The translations under genes were made by a program, and so were the position numbers. A stretch of DNA of 64,000 nt from Prochlorococcus sp. AG-402-N23 (GTDB taxonomy: Bacteria > Cyanobacteriota > Cyanobacteriia > PCC-6307 > Cyanobiaceae), in assembly GCA_003216355.1 (NCBI GenBank), contig QCIX01000005.1:759-64758 (forward strand), in the 5' to 3' direction. The notes beneath the pieces were generated by a model. It searched no databases. It was given only the letters and a program-made list of their open reading frames with translations, and was not told where the DNA came from. Position 1 is the first letter of the stretch. The number at the start of each line of letters is the position of its first letter. Shown in pieces: positions 48,445-59,355 of the stretch.

Positions 48445-50931
48445 TTAATCACTATATTTTTTTATAAGTTTTTCTACTCTTTTTTCTATTGGTTCATTGC
48501 TTAAAGTATTTTTAAGTCTTTCAACTAGTAAAGGGAAAGCAAAAGGAGTTGGAGTTTTTATCTCGTTGAGTAGCATTTTTAAATTTTTTAATCTTTCTAA
48601 TGATCTAAATATCCTTTTTTTTTCTAATTTATATTCTTTAACTTCTTGATGCGCTTGTTTTATCAAAAGATGGCCTTCTTCATATTTAGTAAAGACATCG
48701 TAGAAAAGACTTGAACTTATTTGAAGTTGCGAGGAGGTTTTTGTTTTGGTTGGATTATTTTGATTTACAAGTCCACTTATTTGGGCAATATTTTTAAATC
48801 TACGTTTTGTTAATTCTGAAAAATTAATTGCATTTTCAAGATCTTCTTCTAATTTTTTGTTATTCAAAAAATAATCAGCTTCTTTTTTTATTATGGAAAA
48901 ATCATAATCTTCTGGGATAGTTAAGCTGAATCCAAAATCATTAGCAGTAATAGTAAATGTAGATTGTTTTAATTTTGCCAATCTCAAAGCCCATAAAAAT
49001 GCAATTCCTTCATTTACAAATTTGCCATCAAGTGAAAAAACAAAAAGATTTGATAAATCCTTGGTCTTATATATTTCTATAAGGAATTCATTTTTCTTTG
49101 GAATATTTGAAAGAACTTTTTGTTTCTTCAATATTGGGAGTAATGAATTGAGTTCAGGATTTAAGCAATCATAATTTTCTAGATTGTTGCATATATCTAT
49201 TTCTTTTCTCAAACTCTCACAAAGTAGATCAGAAATTGCCATTTGACCTCCAACCCATGCAGGAATTAGAGAACTTTTTTTTGTTGATTTTTTAACATAT
49301 AAAATCATATCTCTTATTCTTACAAATTGAAGTATTTTGCCGGCAAAGTAAAATGTATCTCCGGGATATAATTTTGAAGCAAAATTCTCTTCTAAATTAC
49401 CCAAGGATTTCCCTTTAATATATTTAACATTCACAAATTTATCACTTGTAATTGTCCCAATATTGAACTTATGCATTCTTATTAAAGATTTGTCTTTTAC
49501 AAAATATTTAAAGTTTTCATTATGATTTTGTGATTCTTCTTTAATTATCTTTTTATATTTTGGGTATGCTTTAAGACATTTTCCTCCATATTCTAAAAAG
49601 TTAAGACACCAATTCCAATCTTGATCTTTTAAGTTTCTATAACTCCAACAACTTTTAATTCTTTCTTTCTCAATTTTCGGATCAAAGCCATTTCCGCATG
49701 CCAAACTTATTAGATGTTGAAGAAGTACATCATAAGATAATTCAGGAAGTCTAATTTCCTCAGATATACCACTTTTTATTATTCTTCTCATTGCACTAAT
49801 CTCTAATAACTCCAAAGAATTAGTAGGCATAAAAATTATTTTTGATTTCCCGCCTGGTCTATGAGCACTTCTTCCCGCTCTTTGGATAAGTCTAGCTAAA
49901 TTCTTTGCACTACCAATTTGAACAATTTGATCTACAGGTTGGAAGTCAACTCCCAAATCTAACGAGCTGGTGCAGACTACCCATTTTATTAATCCGTCTT
50001 TAACCCCTTTTTCAACTCTTTTTCTATCTTCTTTATCGAGGGAGCCGTGATGAAGTGCGATTTTGTCTTCCATCTCTGGCAGAAAAAATTTAAGACATTG
50101 ATACCATCTTTCAGATTGGTTTCTTGTATTGGTGAATAATAAGGTGCTTTTATTTTTATCTAGGATTTTTAAAAGTGAAGAGTAACTTCTTATTCCTAGA
50201 TGGCCACTCCATGGAAAGGTCGTTTCCTCTTCTGGCAAAACGCTTATAATTTCTATCTCTTTTTGAATATTTGTACTTATAATCTTAGGTTTAATAGCGC
50301 TCATACCAACTATTGCTCTTGCTGCTTCTTCAATATTTCCAATAGTTGCAGACATTGCCCAAATTTGTAAATTTTTTATATTACCTCTTAGCCAACTTAA
50401 AGATAACTCGCACTGGTTTCCTCTTTTACTACCCATCAATTCATGCCATTCGTCAATAATTATTGATGACAACTCCTTGAAAATATTATTAGATTCTTTA
50501 TTAGAAAGTAAAAGAGATAAAGACTCTGGAGTCGTGATAAGAATATTAGGTGGTTTAGCTAGTTGATTTTTCTTTTCATATGGGGTTGTATCACCATTCC
50601 TAATCTCAACAGTGATTTCTTTATTAAAATGTAAAGCTGCTAATTGTATGGAATTTTTTAGATCTCTACTTAGTGCTTTTAAAGGCGTTATTAATAATAT
50701 ATTCACACTTTTGTTATTTTTGGGATCTTCTATCTGTGATAGAGGTCCCATTAATGCAGCATAAGTTTTGCCGCATCCAGTAGGAACTTGTATTATTCCA
50801 CTCTCTCCATTTAAAAATGCTTCCCAAGATTCTACTTGGTAGGGTAATGGCTCCCATCCATTTGTGGAGAAAAACTGTTTAATTTTAGAAATTAAATTAT
50901 TTTGCGTAATATTTTGCATAATATTTTTCAT
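48445..50931 (-). CDS. ligase-associated DEXH helicase (Lhr-core)
   Basis: PTGCGKT, TTPESL, DEWHE, SAT, HHGSL, LDLGVD, QRAGRS.H. Confidence 0.93.
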   Translation of the reverse strand: MKNIMQNITQNNLISKIKQFFSTNGWEPLPYQVESWEAFLNGESGIIQVPTGCGKTYAALMGPLSQIEDPKNNKSVNILLITPLKALSRDLKNSIQLAALHFNKEITVEIRNGDTTPYEKKNQLAKPPNILITTPESLSLLLSNKESNNIFKELSSIIIDEWHELMGSKRGNQCELSLSWLRGNIKNLQIWAMSATIGNIEEAARAIVGMSAIKPKIISTNIQKEIEIISVLPEEETTFPWSGHLGIRSYSSLLKILDKNKSTLLFTNTRNQSERWYQCLKFFLPEMEDKIALHHGSLDKEDRKRVEKGVKDGLIKWVVCTSSLDLGVDFQPVDQIVQIGSAKNLARLIQRAGRSAHRPGGKSKIIFMPTNSLELLEISAMRRIIKSGISEEIRLPELSYDVLLQHLISLACGNGFDPKIEKERIKSCWSYRNLKDQDWNWCLNFLEYGGKCLKAYPKYKKIIKEESQNHNENFKYFVKDKSLIRMHKFNIGTITSDKFVNVKYIKGKSLGNLEENFASKLYPGDTFYFAGKILQFVRIRDMILYVKKSTKKSSLIPAWVGGQMAISDLLCESLRKEIDICNNLENYDCLNPELNSLLPILKKQKVLSNIPKKNEFLIEIYKTKDLSNLFVFSLDGKFVNEGIAFLWALRLAKLKQSTFTITANDFGFSLTIPEDYDFSIIKKEADYFLNNKKLEEDLENAINFSELTKRRFKNIAQISGLVNQNNPTKTKTSSQLQISSSLFYDVFTKYEEGHLLIKQAHQEVKEYKLEKKRIFRSLERLKNLKMLLNEIKTPTPFAFPLLVERLKNTLSNEPIEKRVEKLIKKYSD

Positions 50932-52568
50932 GATATTTTTTTCATCAGTTCATAAGCATTCTCTAGGCTATCTGCATCATTGATTTTTTTATCTTTTCTC
51001 CATTTTGTTATTCTTGGAAATCTTACTGCTATGCCAGACTTATGACGTTTTGAAATTTGTATTTTCTCAAAAGATATTTCGAATACCATTTCTGGTTTTA
51101 ACGATCGAACAGGACCAAATTTTTCTATTGTATTTTTCCTTATCCATTTATCTAGCTCTTTAATTTCAATATTCGATAAACCAGAATATGCACTTGCAAA
51201 TTTAATTAATTCTTGGTCTTTCCATAATGCAAAACTGTAATCTGTATACAGACCAGCTCTTCTACCGCTACCGACCTTAGCGTAAATTAGAACAGCATCC
51301 AGTTGCATAGGATCAACTTTATATTTCCACCAAATGCCTTTTTTTCTACCAGAGGAGTATATAGAAGTCTTTTTCTTAATTATTAATCCTTCAGTATTAT
51401 TTTCTCGAGATTTTTCTTTATAAGTTAAAACATCAGACCAATCTTTAGGATAGATTAAATCACATATTTTGAAAATATCAGAGATATTATTCTCAGTTTT
51501 ATATTGCCATTTTGAAAAATATTTTTCTAACTTAATTCTTCTATTTTCTAATTTAATTTCTCTTATATCTTTTCCATTAATCTCTAAAAGATCATAAGCA
51601 ATAAAAATAATAGGATATTTTATTTGGATTGTTCTAGTGGGAGATTTTCTATTTATTCTTTTCTGAAGTAAAGAAAAATCAAGGGCAATTTGTTCTTTAA
51701 AATTCCAAACTAATAATTCCCCATCAAGAACAAAATCATCTTTTATATACGACATTTTCTTTACTAATTCTGGGAAAGATTCATTTACTAATTCTTGCCC
51801 TCTTGTCCATAACGAAACATTGCCTGATCTTTTAATTAATTGCATCCTTATACCGTCGAATTTCCATTCAAATTGAAAATCATTTATTGAATGTTTGAAG
51901 ATTTTATCTTCAATAGTATTTGCTAGAAGAAATGGAAATGGTTTGGAATTTAACTCTTGAAGATTGATATTCTTTTTAATTAAAAATTCATATGAATCAA
52001 TTGAAGGTTTAAAATCACCCATCAACCTATGAGAAATAATCTCTTCATCAATATTAATTAGTTTTGATATTGATTTTGTGATTAATCCGATAGAGACTCC
52101 TACTCTAAAAGTTCCTGTAAGAATTTTATTAAAAATTAAATGGTTATCTTCAGGCAATGTTTCCCAAACATTTTTAATTTCTAAATTTTTCTCGTCCTCA
52201 TCAAGTTTTGATAATGCAGGTATTATTTCGCTTAGTAATTCATTGAGACTTATATTTGATAATTTCTTATCCTTGGAAATAGTTTTATTTTTAAGTAATA
52301 AAGTTATTACCTCAGCCGAATCTCCAACTTTTAAATAACATGTATCAATTAGCCATTGAGGATATTCATGTATTTGAGAAAAAAGATTTTTTAAATATCT
52401 TCCACTAATAAATCTCTTATTACTTTTTCCAGTTAGTAAATATATTGCCCATGAATTATCTATTGGTTCATTTGATAAAAAATATCTTTTTAAAACTTCA
52501 ATTTTATTATTTGTACTATTAATTGAATCTAGATCGTCAAATAATTCTGAAAACTTTTTTAAGCTCAT
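50928..52568 (-). CDS. ATP-dependent DNA ligase
   Basis: EWKFDGIR, LDGEL, YDLL, EGLIIK, WWKYK, RFPR. Confidence 0.94.
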   Translation of the reverse strand: MSLKKFSELFDDLDSINSTNNKIEVLKRYFLSNEPIDNSWAIYLLTGKSNKRFISGRYLKNLFSQIHEYPQWLIDTCYLKVGDSAEVITLLLKNKTISKDKKLSNISLNELLSEIIPALSKLDEDEKNLEIKNVWETLPEDNHLIFNKILTGTFRVGVSIGLITKSISKLINIDEEIISHRLMGDFKPSIDSYEFLIKKNINLQELNSKPFPFLLANTIEDKIFKHSINDFQFEWKFDGIRMQLIKRSGNVSLWTRGQELVNESFPELVKKMSYIKDDFVLDGELLVWNFKEQIALDFSLLQKRINRKSPTRTIQIKYPIIFIAYDLLEINGKDIREIKLENRRIKLEKYFSKWQYKTENNISDIFKICDLIYPKDWSDVLTYKEKSRENNTEGLIIKKKTSIYSSGRKKGIWWKYKVDPMQLDAVLIYAKVGSGRRAGLYTDYSFALWKDQELIKFASAYSGLSNIEIKELDKWIRKNTIEKFGPVRSLKPEMVFEISFEKIQISKRHKSGIAVRFPRITKWRKDKKINDADSLENAYELMKKIS

Positions 52569-52570
52569 AT

Positions 52571-53557
52571 TTATTTACCGAATAAAAGAACATTTATTGA
52601 TTCCTTCTCAACTAAATATTTACTTAAAGCTTCACTATCTCCATGATGAAAAAATACATTTTTTGCTTCAGACTTTTTTACTACTTCCAGAATTCCATCC
52701 CAATCCGCATGATCAGAGATTGCGAATCCTTTATCATATCCTGATCTTTTTCTGAGAGCTCTTATTGACATCCATCCACTCGCGAAAGCTGTTTGGATAT
52801 TTTTGAAATTTTTTAGATAAGAGCCGTTACTTAAAGATGGCGGTAATAATATTAGACTTCCTTTAAGTTCATCTATCTTTTTTTTATTTTCAATTTTTAT
52901 AGTATCTTTAATATCAATTCCAATTTCCCTATAAATATTGTTAATTTTGTGAATACTGCCATGTGAATAAATATTGCCTTTAAAATTTGTTTGACTAATT
53001 TCGTTTATCAATCTCTGAGCTTTTCCAAGTGAATAGCAGAAAAGTAAAGAAGTTTTTTCTGGTGAATTAGTTATCCATTTTGAAATATCATTTGCTATTT
53101 TATTTGATTCATCCCACTTAAATATTGGTAAACCAAAAGTACATTCGCTTATTAAATAATCAGTTTTTACTATTTCATATTGTTTGCAAGTCTCATCTTT
53201 TTGAAGCTTAAAGTCACCTGAAATTAGCCATTTTTCTTCAGCAAAAATAAACCTTATTTGACTAGATCCAAGGATATGACCGGATGGATGAAAAGAAATA
53301 TTAATGCCATTTATCTTAAATTCTTCTCCATATTCAAAAGTCTTGATTTTGATATTATCTCCAACTCTTTCTTTAAGAAGTATCGCTGTTTCTTTAGTAG
53401 AAATGTATTCTTCACAGCCAAATGTAAAGTGATCAAAATGAGCATGAGTTATTAATGCCTTTTTTACTGGCTTGATTGGATCAATCCAAATATCAGCATG
53501 TTCACAATAAAGATTTCCATCTTTATATCTAATTAAATATTCTTTTTTAGTTCTCAA
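52571..53557 (-). CDS. ligase-associated DNA damage response exonuclease (MBL/beta-CASP fold)
   Basis: THAHFDH, GHILGS, SGD, ECTFG, YSLGKAQR, SDHAD. Confidence 0.92.
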   Translation of the reverse strand: MRTKKEYLIRYKDGNLYCEHADIWIDPIKPVKKALITHAHFDHFTFGCEEYISTKETAILLKERVGDNIKIKTFEYGEEFKINGINISFHPSGHILGSSQIRFIFAEEKWLISGDFKLQKDETCKQYEIVKTDYLISECTFGLPIFKWDESNKIANDISKWITNSPEKTSLLFCYSLGKAQRLINEISQTNFKGNIYSHGSIHKINNIYREIGIDIKDTIKIENKKKIDELKGSLILLPPSLSNGSYLKNFKNIQTAFASGWMSIRALRKRSGYDKGFAISDHADWDGILEVVKKSEAKNVFFHHGDSEALSKYLVEKESINVLLFGK

Positions 53558-53592
53558 AACTAAATCTCTTTCAATGAAGTTAATTTAGCTAA

Positions 53593-54006
53593 TTATGCCC
53601 ACGCTTGTTTTGATAAAGCTATTGCTGAAATTGTTAGTAAAGCAATAATTACAAATTTGTTACTCCAATTAATCATGAATGAACTAATTTTGTTAGAAGA
53701 AACTCTATTAGATGGCACAATATTTTTCTGATTCAGAATGTGATGATTTTCATTATTTTTTAAGTAATTTAAATTTTTAATCTCATTTATTAATTTAGAT
53801 TCACAAGTTGAGAGTTGTTCTATTTGATTTAATAAATCAATATCTTCTGGTCTTAATAAAGAATTTAATTCTTTAATTTGACTTTCGTTTTTCACAAGAA
53901 ATTCATTAACTAACTCATCTGTTCCTAATCCCTTCTTTAAATTTAAAAGAATTTCATCTCTTTCCCAGGATTTTTCAAGAGAATTTAAAATTTTACTTAT
54001 GCTCAT
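53593..54006 (-). CDS. hypothetical protein with C-terminal TM helix
   Basis: 137-aa ORF. Confidence 0.6.
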   Translation of the reverse strand: MSISKILNSLEKSWERDEILLNLKKGLGTDELVNEFLVKNESQIKELNSLLRPEDIDLLNQIEQLSTCESKLINEIKNLNYLKNNENHHILNQKNIVPSNRVSSNKISSFMINWSNKFVIIALLTISAIALSKQAWA

Positions 54007-54090
54007 TTTAAGTATTTTTACTTATGATAAATTATTATTTTTTTATTCTGTGGCTTATTCCTTAAAGTAATAAAAAAAAATTATTTTTAT

Positions 54091-54372
54091 TTAAGATTTA
54101 CGAATAAGTCTGTTTGCAAAATATTTTATCTTAACCTTTTCTGCAATTTTTTTAGAACTGCTTTTGGTTTTAACTTTATTTAAATTGATCACTTCATCTG
54201 AGACATTTTTGCCCGTTTCAAAATAACTTTTAATTTTTTCTAATTCTTCTTCATTTAATCTTTTTGTCGCACCTTTTGCGTTTATTCCAAGTTTCTTGCA
54301 CGCTAGTAATACTCTATTACTTTCGACATTAAGATCTTTGGCAATACTGAAAATAGGAGTGTTGATAGACAT
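54091..54372 (-). CDS. IF2 N-terminal-domain-like small protein
   Basis: IFSIAKDLNVES..VL.AC..LGI..K.....L...E...I. Confidence 0.75.
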   Translation of the reverse strand: MSINTPIFSIAKDLNVESNRVLLACKKLGINAKGATKRLNEEELEKIKSYFETGKNVSDEVINLNKVKTKSSSKKIAEKVKIKYFANRLIRKS

Positions 54373-54469
54373 TATTTTCTTTACTATGAAATTTATTATT
54401 TATAGTATATTTATAAGTTAAAAATTAAATATATTTTTAACTATTATTAATTTGAAAAACTTTTTTTAA

Positions 54470-55789
54470 TTAGGCAACTTCATCCTCGAAATTATTTAAA
54501 TCATTAAACTTTTTCTTCATGGTTGGGTTATTTCTAGTTAATTTCTTTACTGTCAAATCTTGAGATTTACTGTCAGCAGATAAAAGATGTTTTTTTGAGA
54601 GAACTAAAGCCTCTTTAGTTTTTTGTAAATGGGTTATTGATTTATCAATTTCTGAAATCGCATCATTAAATCTATCTTGTGCAAGTGAAACATTTTTACC
54701 AACTGCATTTTTGAATTGCTCAAGAGTACTTTCGAAATTAGTTATGTCAAAATTCTCACGCTTCATTAAATCAATTTGTGATTTGTATTTTAAGGTTTCC
54801 ATAGATGCATTTCTCAGCAGAGAAATAATGGGCAAGAAAAATTGAGGTCTTATGACATACATTTTTGGGAATCTATGAGAAACATCTACTATGCCAGCAT
54901 TATATAGTTCATTATCTGGTTCTAGAAGGGAGACGAGAACTGCATATTCACAAGATTTTTGTCTTCTATCTTTATCTAATTCTTTTAAAAAATCTTCGTT
55001 TTTTCTTTTATTAGTTCCATTTAAACTTTCATTCTTCATCTCGAACATTATAGATACGACTTCAGTTTTATTTTCATCAAATTCTCTAAATATATAGTCA
55101 CCTTTACTTCCAGAAGTGGCATCATTATCCTTTTCGAAATATGAGTTTTTAAACGCAGAGGCACGATTCAGATTAAATTGGGTTTCGCAATGGATTTCTA
55201 ATGTTTCTCCTATCATCTTTGTAGATAATCTGGATTTCATTTCTCTTAACTCCTGAATAGTCAGGTCCCTTTCACTAATTTTGCTTTTAAACTTTTCTTC
55301 AATTAATTTTTCATTAATTGAATGTTCAAGCCTCATCTTTTCAATGGAATTTGTTAATGATGAGTTTTCTTTTTCTAAATTAGTAACAGCTTCACTAACT
55401 TTGTTTTTTAAAGATAATTCTGAAATTAAAGACTGGTTTTTGATTTCATCCTTTAACTTGATTAATTCATTATTCAGTGCATTAATTTTATTTGTTGCTT
55501 GATTTCTTAAATCATTAAGAGCATTTGTTTTCTTTTCTTCAGCTATTGTTAATTTAGATTCAAGAGTTTGTATCTCAGACTCTTTAATACGATTTTGCTC
55601 TATTAACTGTATTTTTAACTCTCGTTTTAAAATTTCCAAAGCTTTTTTATTATCTTCTTCAGCCAGAATAAGTCTTTCTTTTATTTGTTTGTTAAATTCC
55701 TCGTCTTTTATCTGAAGAAGTATTTCTTCAAAGCTGCTGGGATCAATTCGGAAGGTTTTGCCGCATGAAGGACATTTAATATCTTTCAT
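54470..55789 (-). CDS. DUF2130-family coiled-coil protein
   Basis: CPSC N-terminus, coiled coil, KGDYIFR, FEMKNE, CEYAVLVS. Confidence 0.85.
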   Translation of the reverse strand: MKDIKCPSCGKTFRIDPSSFEEILLQIKDEEFNKQIKERLILAEEDNKKALEILKRELKIQLIEQNRIKESEIQTLESKLTIAEEKKTNALNDLRNQATNKINALNNELIKLKDEIKNQSLISELSLKNKVSEAVTNLEKENSSLTNSIEKMRLEHSINEKLIEEKFKSKISERDLTIQELREMKSRLSTKMIGETLEIHCETQFNLNRASAFKNSYFEKDNDATSGSKGDYIFREFDENKTEVVSIMFEMKNESLNGTNKRKNEDFLKELDKDRRQKSCEYAVLVSLLEPDNELYNAGIVDVSHRFPKMYVIRPQFFLPIISLLRNASMETLKYKSQIDLMKRENFDITNFESTLEQFKNAVGKNVSLAQDRFNDAISEIDKSITHLQKTKEALVLSKKHLLSADSKSQDLTVKKLTRNNPTMKKKFNDLNNFEDEVA

Positions 55790-55918
55790 TTTTAATTACA
55801 AAATTAATATTAGAAAGGATTTAATATTCGAATTATGTAAAAAGAATATTATTCTTGATTAAGAATAAACAATGATTCAATGTTATGCATTAAAAATAAA
55901 TTAATTACTCAATAAAAG

Positions 55919-56299
55919 TCATATTAATCCTGATTCCTTAAGAATATTTATTTTATTTGCTAATTCAATATCTGCAGAAGATATTGAGCGGTCTAATGTT
56001 TTGTGAGTTGAAACTGTGTATCCACTATCATCAACAAATTCGTCTTCAGTATCTTTTAAGTGGGCATTCTCATTATGGAGATCTTTAAAATTATCCGACT
56101 TGAATTTATTTGACTTACTGATATTACTATATCCAAAATTCGCAATTCCTCTGGCATCTAATGCTTCCTCAACTAATATTCCAACTACCTTTGATCTACT
56201 TATAGATTCGCTCTTAGATATTTCATCAATAATTTCAAGTACTCTTTTTCTAGGAAGATATCCTATTCTTTTAACTTTATTTTCCATGAGTCTTAACAT
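55919..56299 (-). CDS. ribbon-helix-helix (CopG-like) DNA-binding protein
   Basis: KRIGYLP....IDEISKSESISRSKVVGILVEEAL. Confidence 0.7.
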   Translation of the reverse strand: MLRLMENKVKRIGYLPRKRVLEIIDEISKSESISRSKVVGILVEEALDARGIANFGYSNISKSNKFKSDNFKDLHNENAHLKDTEDEFVDDSGYTVSTHKTLDRSISSADIELANKINILKESGLI

Positions 56300-56515
56300 A
56301 TGTCAATATTGTAACACTTCTGTCAAATCAAATCAGATCTTGATTAATAGCATTTATGTATAAATTTAAATAATGAGATTAAAGTATAATTTTAAAGAAT
56401 AATCATACAAAGTTATTTCTCAAATAGTTATGAGGATAGCTTTATATGCTTTTTCTAATTACACTTTCAGATTGGGTCGGATTTCTGAAATTTTCTTTAT
56501 TTAATTCCAAATATT

Positions 56516-56719
56516 ATGAAAGATAAACTTTATGATAATGCTGATAGCTTTGCAATGTCATTTGATGAGGAATGGGAAAATATTGATTGTGATGATATAC
56601 CATTAAAGATAGATAAGGTATTTGAAATTTTATCAGAGCATCCTTTTTTAATATCTAATCCAGAAAATGCTAGAAAAATAGCAGAATTTAGGATATTTTC
56701 ATTAAAAAAATTTCAATAA
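56516..56719 (+). CDS. small hypothetical protein
   Basis: 67 aa; ADSFAMSFDEEW...AEFRI. Confidence 0.65.
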   Translation: MKDKLYDNADSFAMSFDEEWENIDCDDIPLKIDKVFEILSEHPFLISNPENARKIAEFRIFSLKKFQ

Positions 56720-57084
56720 TTATTTTTAAATTTTATAAAGTTAATTATATAAATTAATCCTTATTTCTTAAGGTTTAAATAGTTGGTGAATTGAAAAATC
56801 CCTTACTGTATAAAAATATTATTATGCCAATAATTGGACCAATCCCAAAAACAAATAGTATTAATTTTGCAGAATTTTTTGTTTGACCTAATTTTTGATC
56901 TTTTAAATTTGAATTAGTTTGATTTTTTTTTGATTTTTTCTTTTTCATGAATGATATATTAATACAAAGTTACTTTAAAAGATTTTGATGTGTTATTGGA
57001 TTTGAAATAATTTTTCAATTTAACAAAATTGATATGAGAGTCAAAAAAGATCGTATTGTATAATGTAAAGAATATAAAGGGAAT

Positions 57085-57282
57085 ATGAGTGCAACTAAGA
57101 GAGAGGAAGTATGTTCACACCTTAGATATATAAGGTTAGAACTTAGAGAGATGCATCAAATGCTTATCAAAGAAGATTTGTTGCCAGATCTTAATGAAGC
57201 TAAGGAAGTACTCGCTCAGCTTGATGCTTTATTGGATTTATTATCAGAAAAAAGAGTAACGAAGATAAAAAGCCAATTTTGA
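57085..57282 (+). CDS. small helical-hairpin protein
   Basis: 65 aa; paralog at 58532-58708. Confidence 0.65.
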   Translation: MSATKREEVCSHLRYIRLELREMHQMLIKEDLLPDLNEAKEVLAQLDALLDLLSEKRVTKIKSQF

Positions 57283-57305
57283 AACTTACTGTTAAATTGA
57301 ATATA

Positions 57306-57500
57306 TTAAAGATAATTTGTAGCTGATTCTATTTTTTTTCTATTATCGTGCATCTGTTCTAATTTATTGTAAATTTCTTTAATTTGGATTTGTATTAGAT
57401 CGGTCGAATGTATATTACTTAAAGCATCTAATGTTGATAGAAGGCTTTCTTTAGCTTCAATTAAATGTCTACATTCTTTACTGCCTGCTTCGTATGACAT
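57306..57500 (-). CDS. small hypothetical protein
   Basis: 64 aa; YEAGS.ECR.LI. Confidence 0.65.
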   Translation of the reverse strand: MSYEAGSKECRHLIEAKESLLSTLDALSNIHSTDLIQIQIKEIYNKLEQMHDNRKKIESATNYL

Positions 57501-57641
57501 AGGATTTTTATAAAAAATAATTATCCCAAATATATTAAAAATTCTTCCGTATTGCTTGATACTCTTATTAAATCAACGCTTATTATTGTAATTTTCTATA
57601 CAGAATAAGAAATTATTTTAACTAATATTTAATAAAAACTT

Positions 57642-57824
57642 ATGAAAGAAAACTCCAATGATTATAAATTCTGTATTAAATTGGCCTTGGACAATGCAAA
57701 ACAAAGAATTAACTTACTAGATAATTCTGATAAAAAGTGTGTCCTAGAAGAATATAAGGAATGGATTAATGATGGTTTAAATAAGCATACGGTTTTACTA
57801 CTAAGAGATGATCCGATCATCTAA
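57642..57824 (+). CDS. small hypothetical protein
   Basis: 60 aa; EEYKEWI. Confidence 0.55.
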   Translation: MKENSNDYKFCIKLALDNAKQRINLLDNSDKKCVLEEYKEWINDGLNKHTVLLLRDDPII

Positions 57825-58139
57825 GAATGAATTTAAAAATATTTTTTTAGTTCTTTGTACTAGAAGTAACCCTAAATAAAAAATAAAGACTTGCAATAAA
57901 TATAATTGCCAAGATAATAGTTAATGAAGAAAAATTATACATATCTTTGATAATTATAAAATTTATTTAAATATAGCAGTTAAGTTTAATAATTCCTGCA
58001 TTCAGTTTTCTTTAAAAAGAGAAAGAATAAATTTATTCAAACTTTCTTTTTCTAAAAATATTTTTTTATTTTTATAGGTTTTTAATTTCTTAAAAATTAA
58101 ATCAACTAAGTGTTCTGATTTTGGAGTCATATATTAAAT

Positions 58140-58490
58140 TTATTTTTCCAATAAATAAATTTTCTCTTCACCTATTTTATCTGGCTGCGTTATTTTACAT
58201 CCTTTATCTTTTTCCATATTACAATCTTTTGTGGCAGGAACAGATTTCCATGTGCAAATTTTTTCTTGGGAATCTTCTTTTAAAATTTTCCATCCATCAT
58301 CTAAGTATTCTGAAATACCATCCTCTCCACAAGAAAACTTTATTTCCATTCTTTTCTTTTCTGAATTAGGCTTCTCTTCAATATTTTTTTCCAAACTATT
58401 TATGGGATAATCTTTATTAGTTGATGTCTTACAAGAAATTAAGAAAATTGCAATTAGAATTATCAATGGAAATTGTTTTATTATTTTCAT
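58140..58490 (-). CDS. putative lipoprotein
   Basis: lipobox LISC; Cys-rich mature part. Confidence 0.7.
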   Translation of the reverse strand: MKIIKQFPLIILIAIFLISCKTSTNKDYPINSLEKNIEEKPNSEKKRMEIKFSCGEDGISEYLDDGWKILKEDSQEKICTWKSVPATKDCNMEKDKGCKITQPDKIGEEKIYLLEK

Positions 58491-58531
58491 TTTTTTTACT
58501 TTTGATGATTCTAAATTATTTAAATTATAGT

Positions 58532-58708
58532 TTATTTTGATTCTATTAATTTTAATAGTTTATCCATTTTATTCATCAAGTTTTTTACATCACCTGGCTT
58601 CGGTAATATTAATTCTTCCGAAACTTCTAAATGCATTTTCTTTAAGTTTTGCCTCAAATCTTTTAAATGCATTTTTACGTTTTCTTTCTTTTGTTTTATA
58701 TCAGTCAT
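58532..58708 (-). CDS. 58-aa paralog of 57085-57282
   Basis: manually translated MTDIKQKKENVKMHLKDLRQNLKKMHLEVSEELILPKPGDVKNLMNKMDKLLKLIESK. Confidence 0.65.
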   Translation of the reverse strand: MTDIKQKKENVKMHLKDLRQNLKKMHLEVSEELILPKPGDVKNLMNKMDKLLKLIESK

Positions 58709-58789
58709 AGGAATAAAATTTAAATTTTGTTAAAATTAAAGTTACTATCATAATATTGAGATACCTATTTGTAGAAAATAATTCAAAAT

Positions 58790-59227
58790 TTAATTTTTTA
58801 AATTTTTTAGTTCATAGATTTCTTCGCCACCATAACAAAAATTGGTAGATATCATTTTTATTTCCCTATTATTGATACCGATTATATTTTTATTTTTAAT
58901 AATATAATTTTTTGCAATCGCTTCACAATCTAATTTATTTTTTGCATGTTTAATAACTGGATAAAAATATGCAAATGTAGTAATTACAAACAAAAAAATT
59001 ATTATTGATTTGTTTTCATTTTTAAAAAATTCTTTAGATGTTTTTTTGGCTTTTAATATTTTTATTAGTAATTTATCTGGTAATCCTATTTGAACAAATA
59101 ATAACTCTACCCACCATGGAAGATCCTTATCTTTCTTTTTCTTAAAGTTTTCGGAAGTATTCATTTTCTTGGCTTCATAGTTTTGGTTTCTAACTTCTTT
59201 AGGATTAGTTGTTTCTTTTTTACTCAT
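58790..59227 (-). CDS. membrane-anchored hypothetical protein
   Basis: PWWVELLFVQIGLPD; TM helix; Cys pair. Confidence 0.65.
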   Translation of the reverse strand: MSKKETTNPKEVRNQNYEAKKMNTSENFKKKKDKDLPWWVELLFVQIGLPDKLLIKILKAKKTSKEFFKNENKSIIIFLFVITTFAYFYPVIKHAKNKLDCEAIAKNYIIKNKNIIGINNREIKMISTNFCYGGEEIYELKNLKN

Positions 59228-59355
59228 ATCATCTAATGATTTATTTGGAATGTAGAGGTTTTATTTTGATTTGGAAACTATATTTTTATTTTATAAGTTT
59301 TAATTTAATTTATCTATGAATTTGAGTATTGTTAATTTGTATTTAGAAATTTTAA

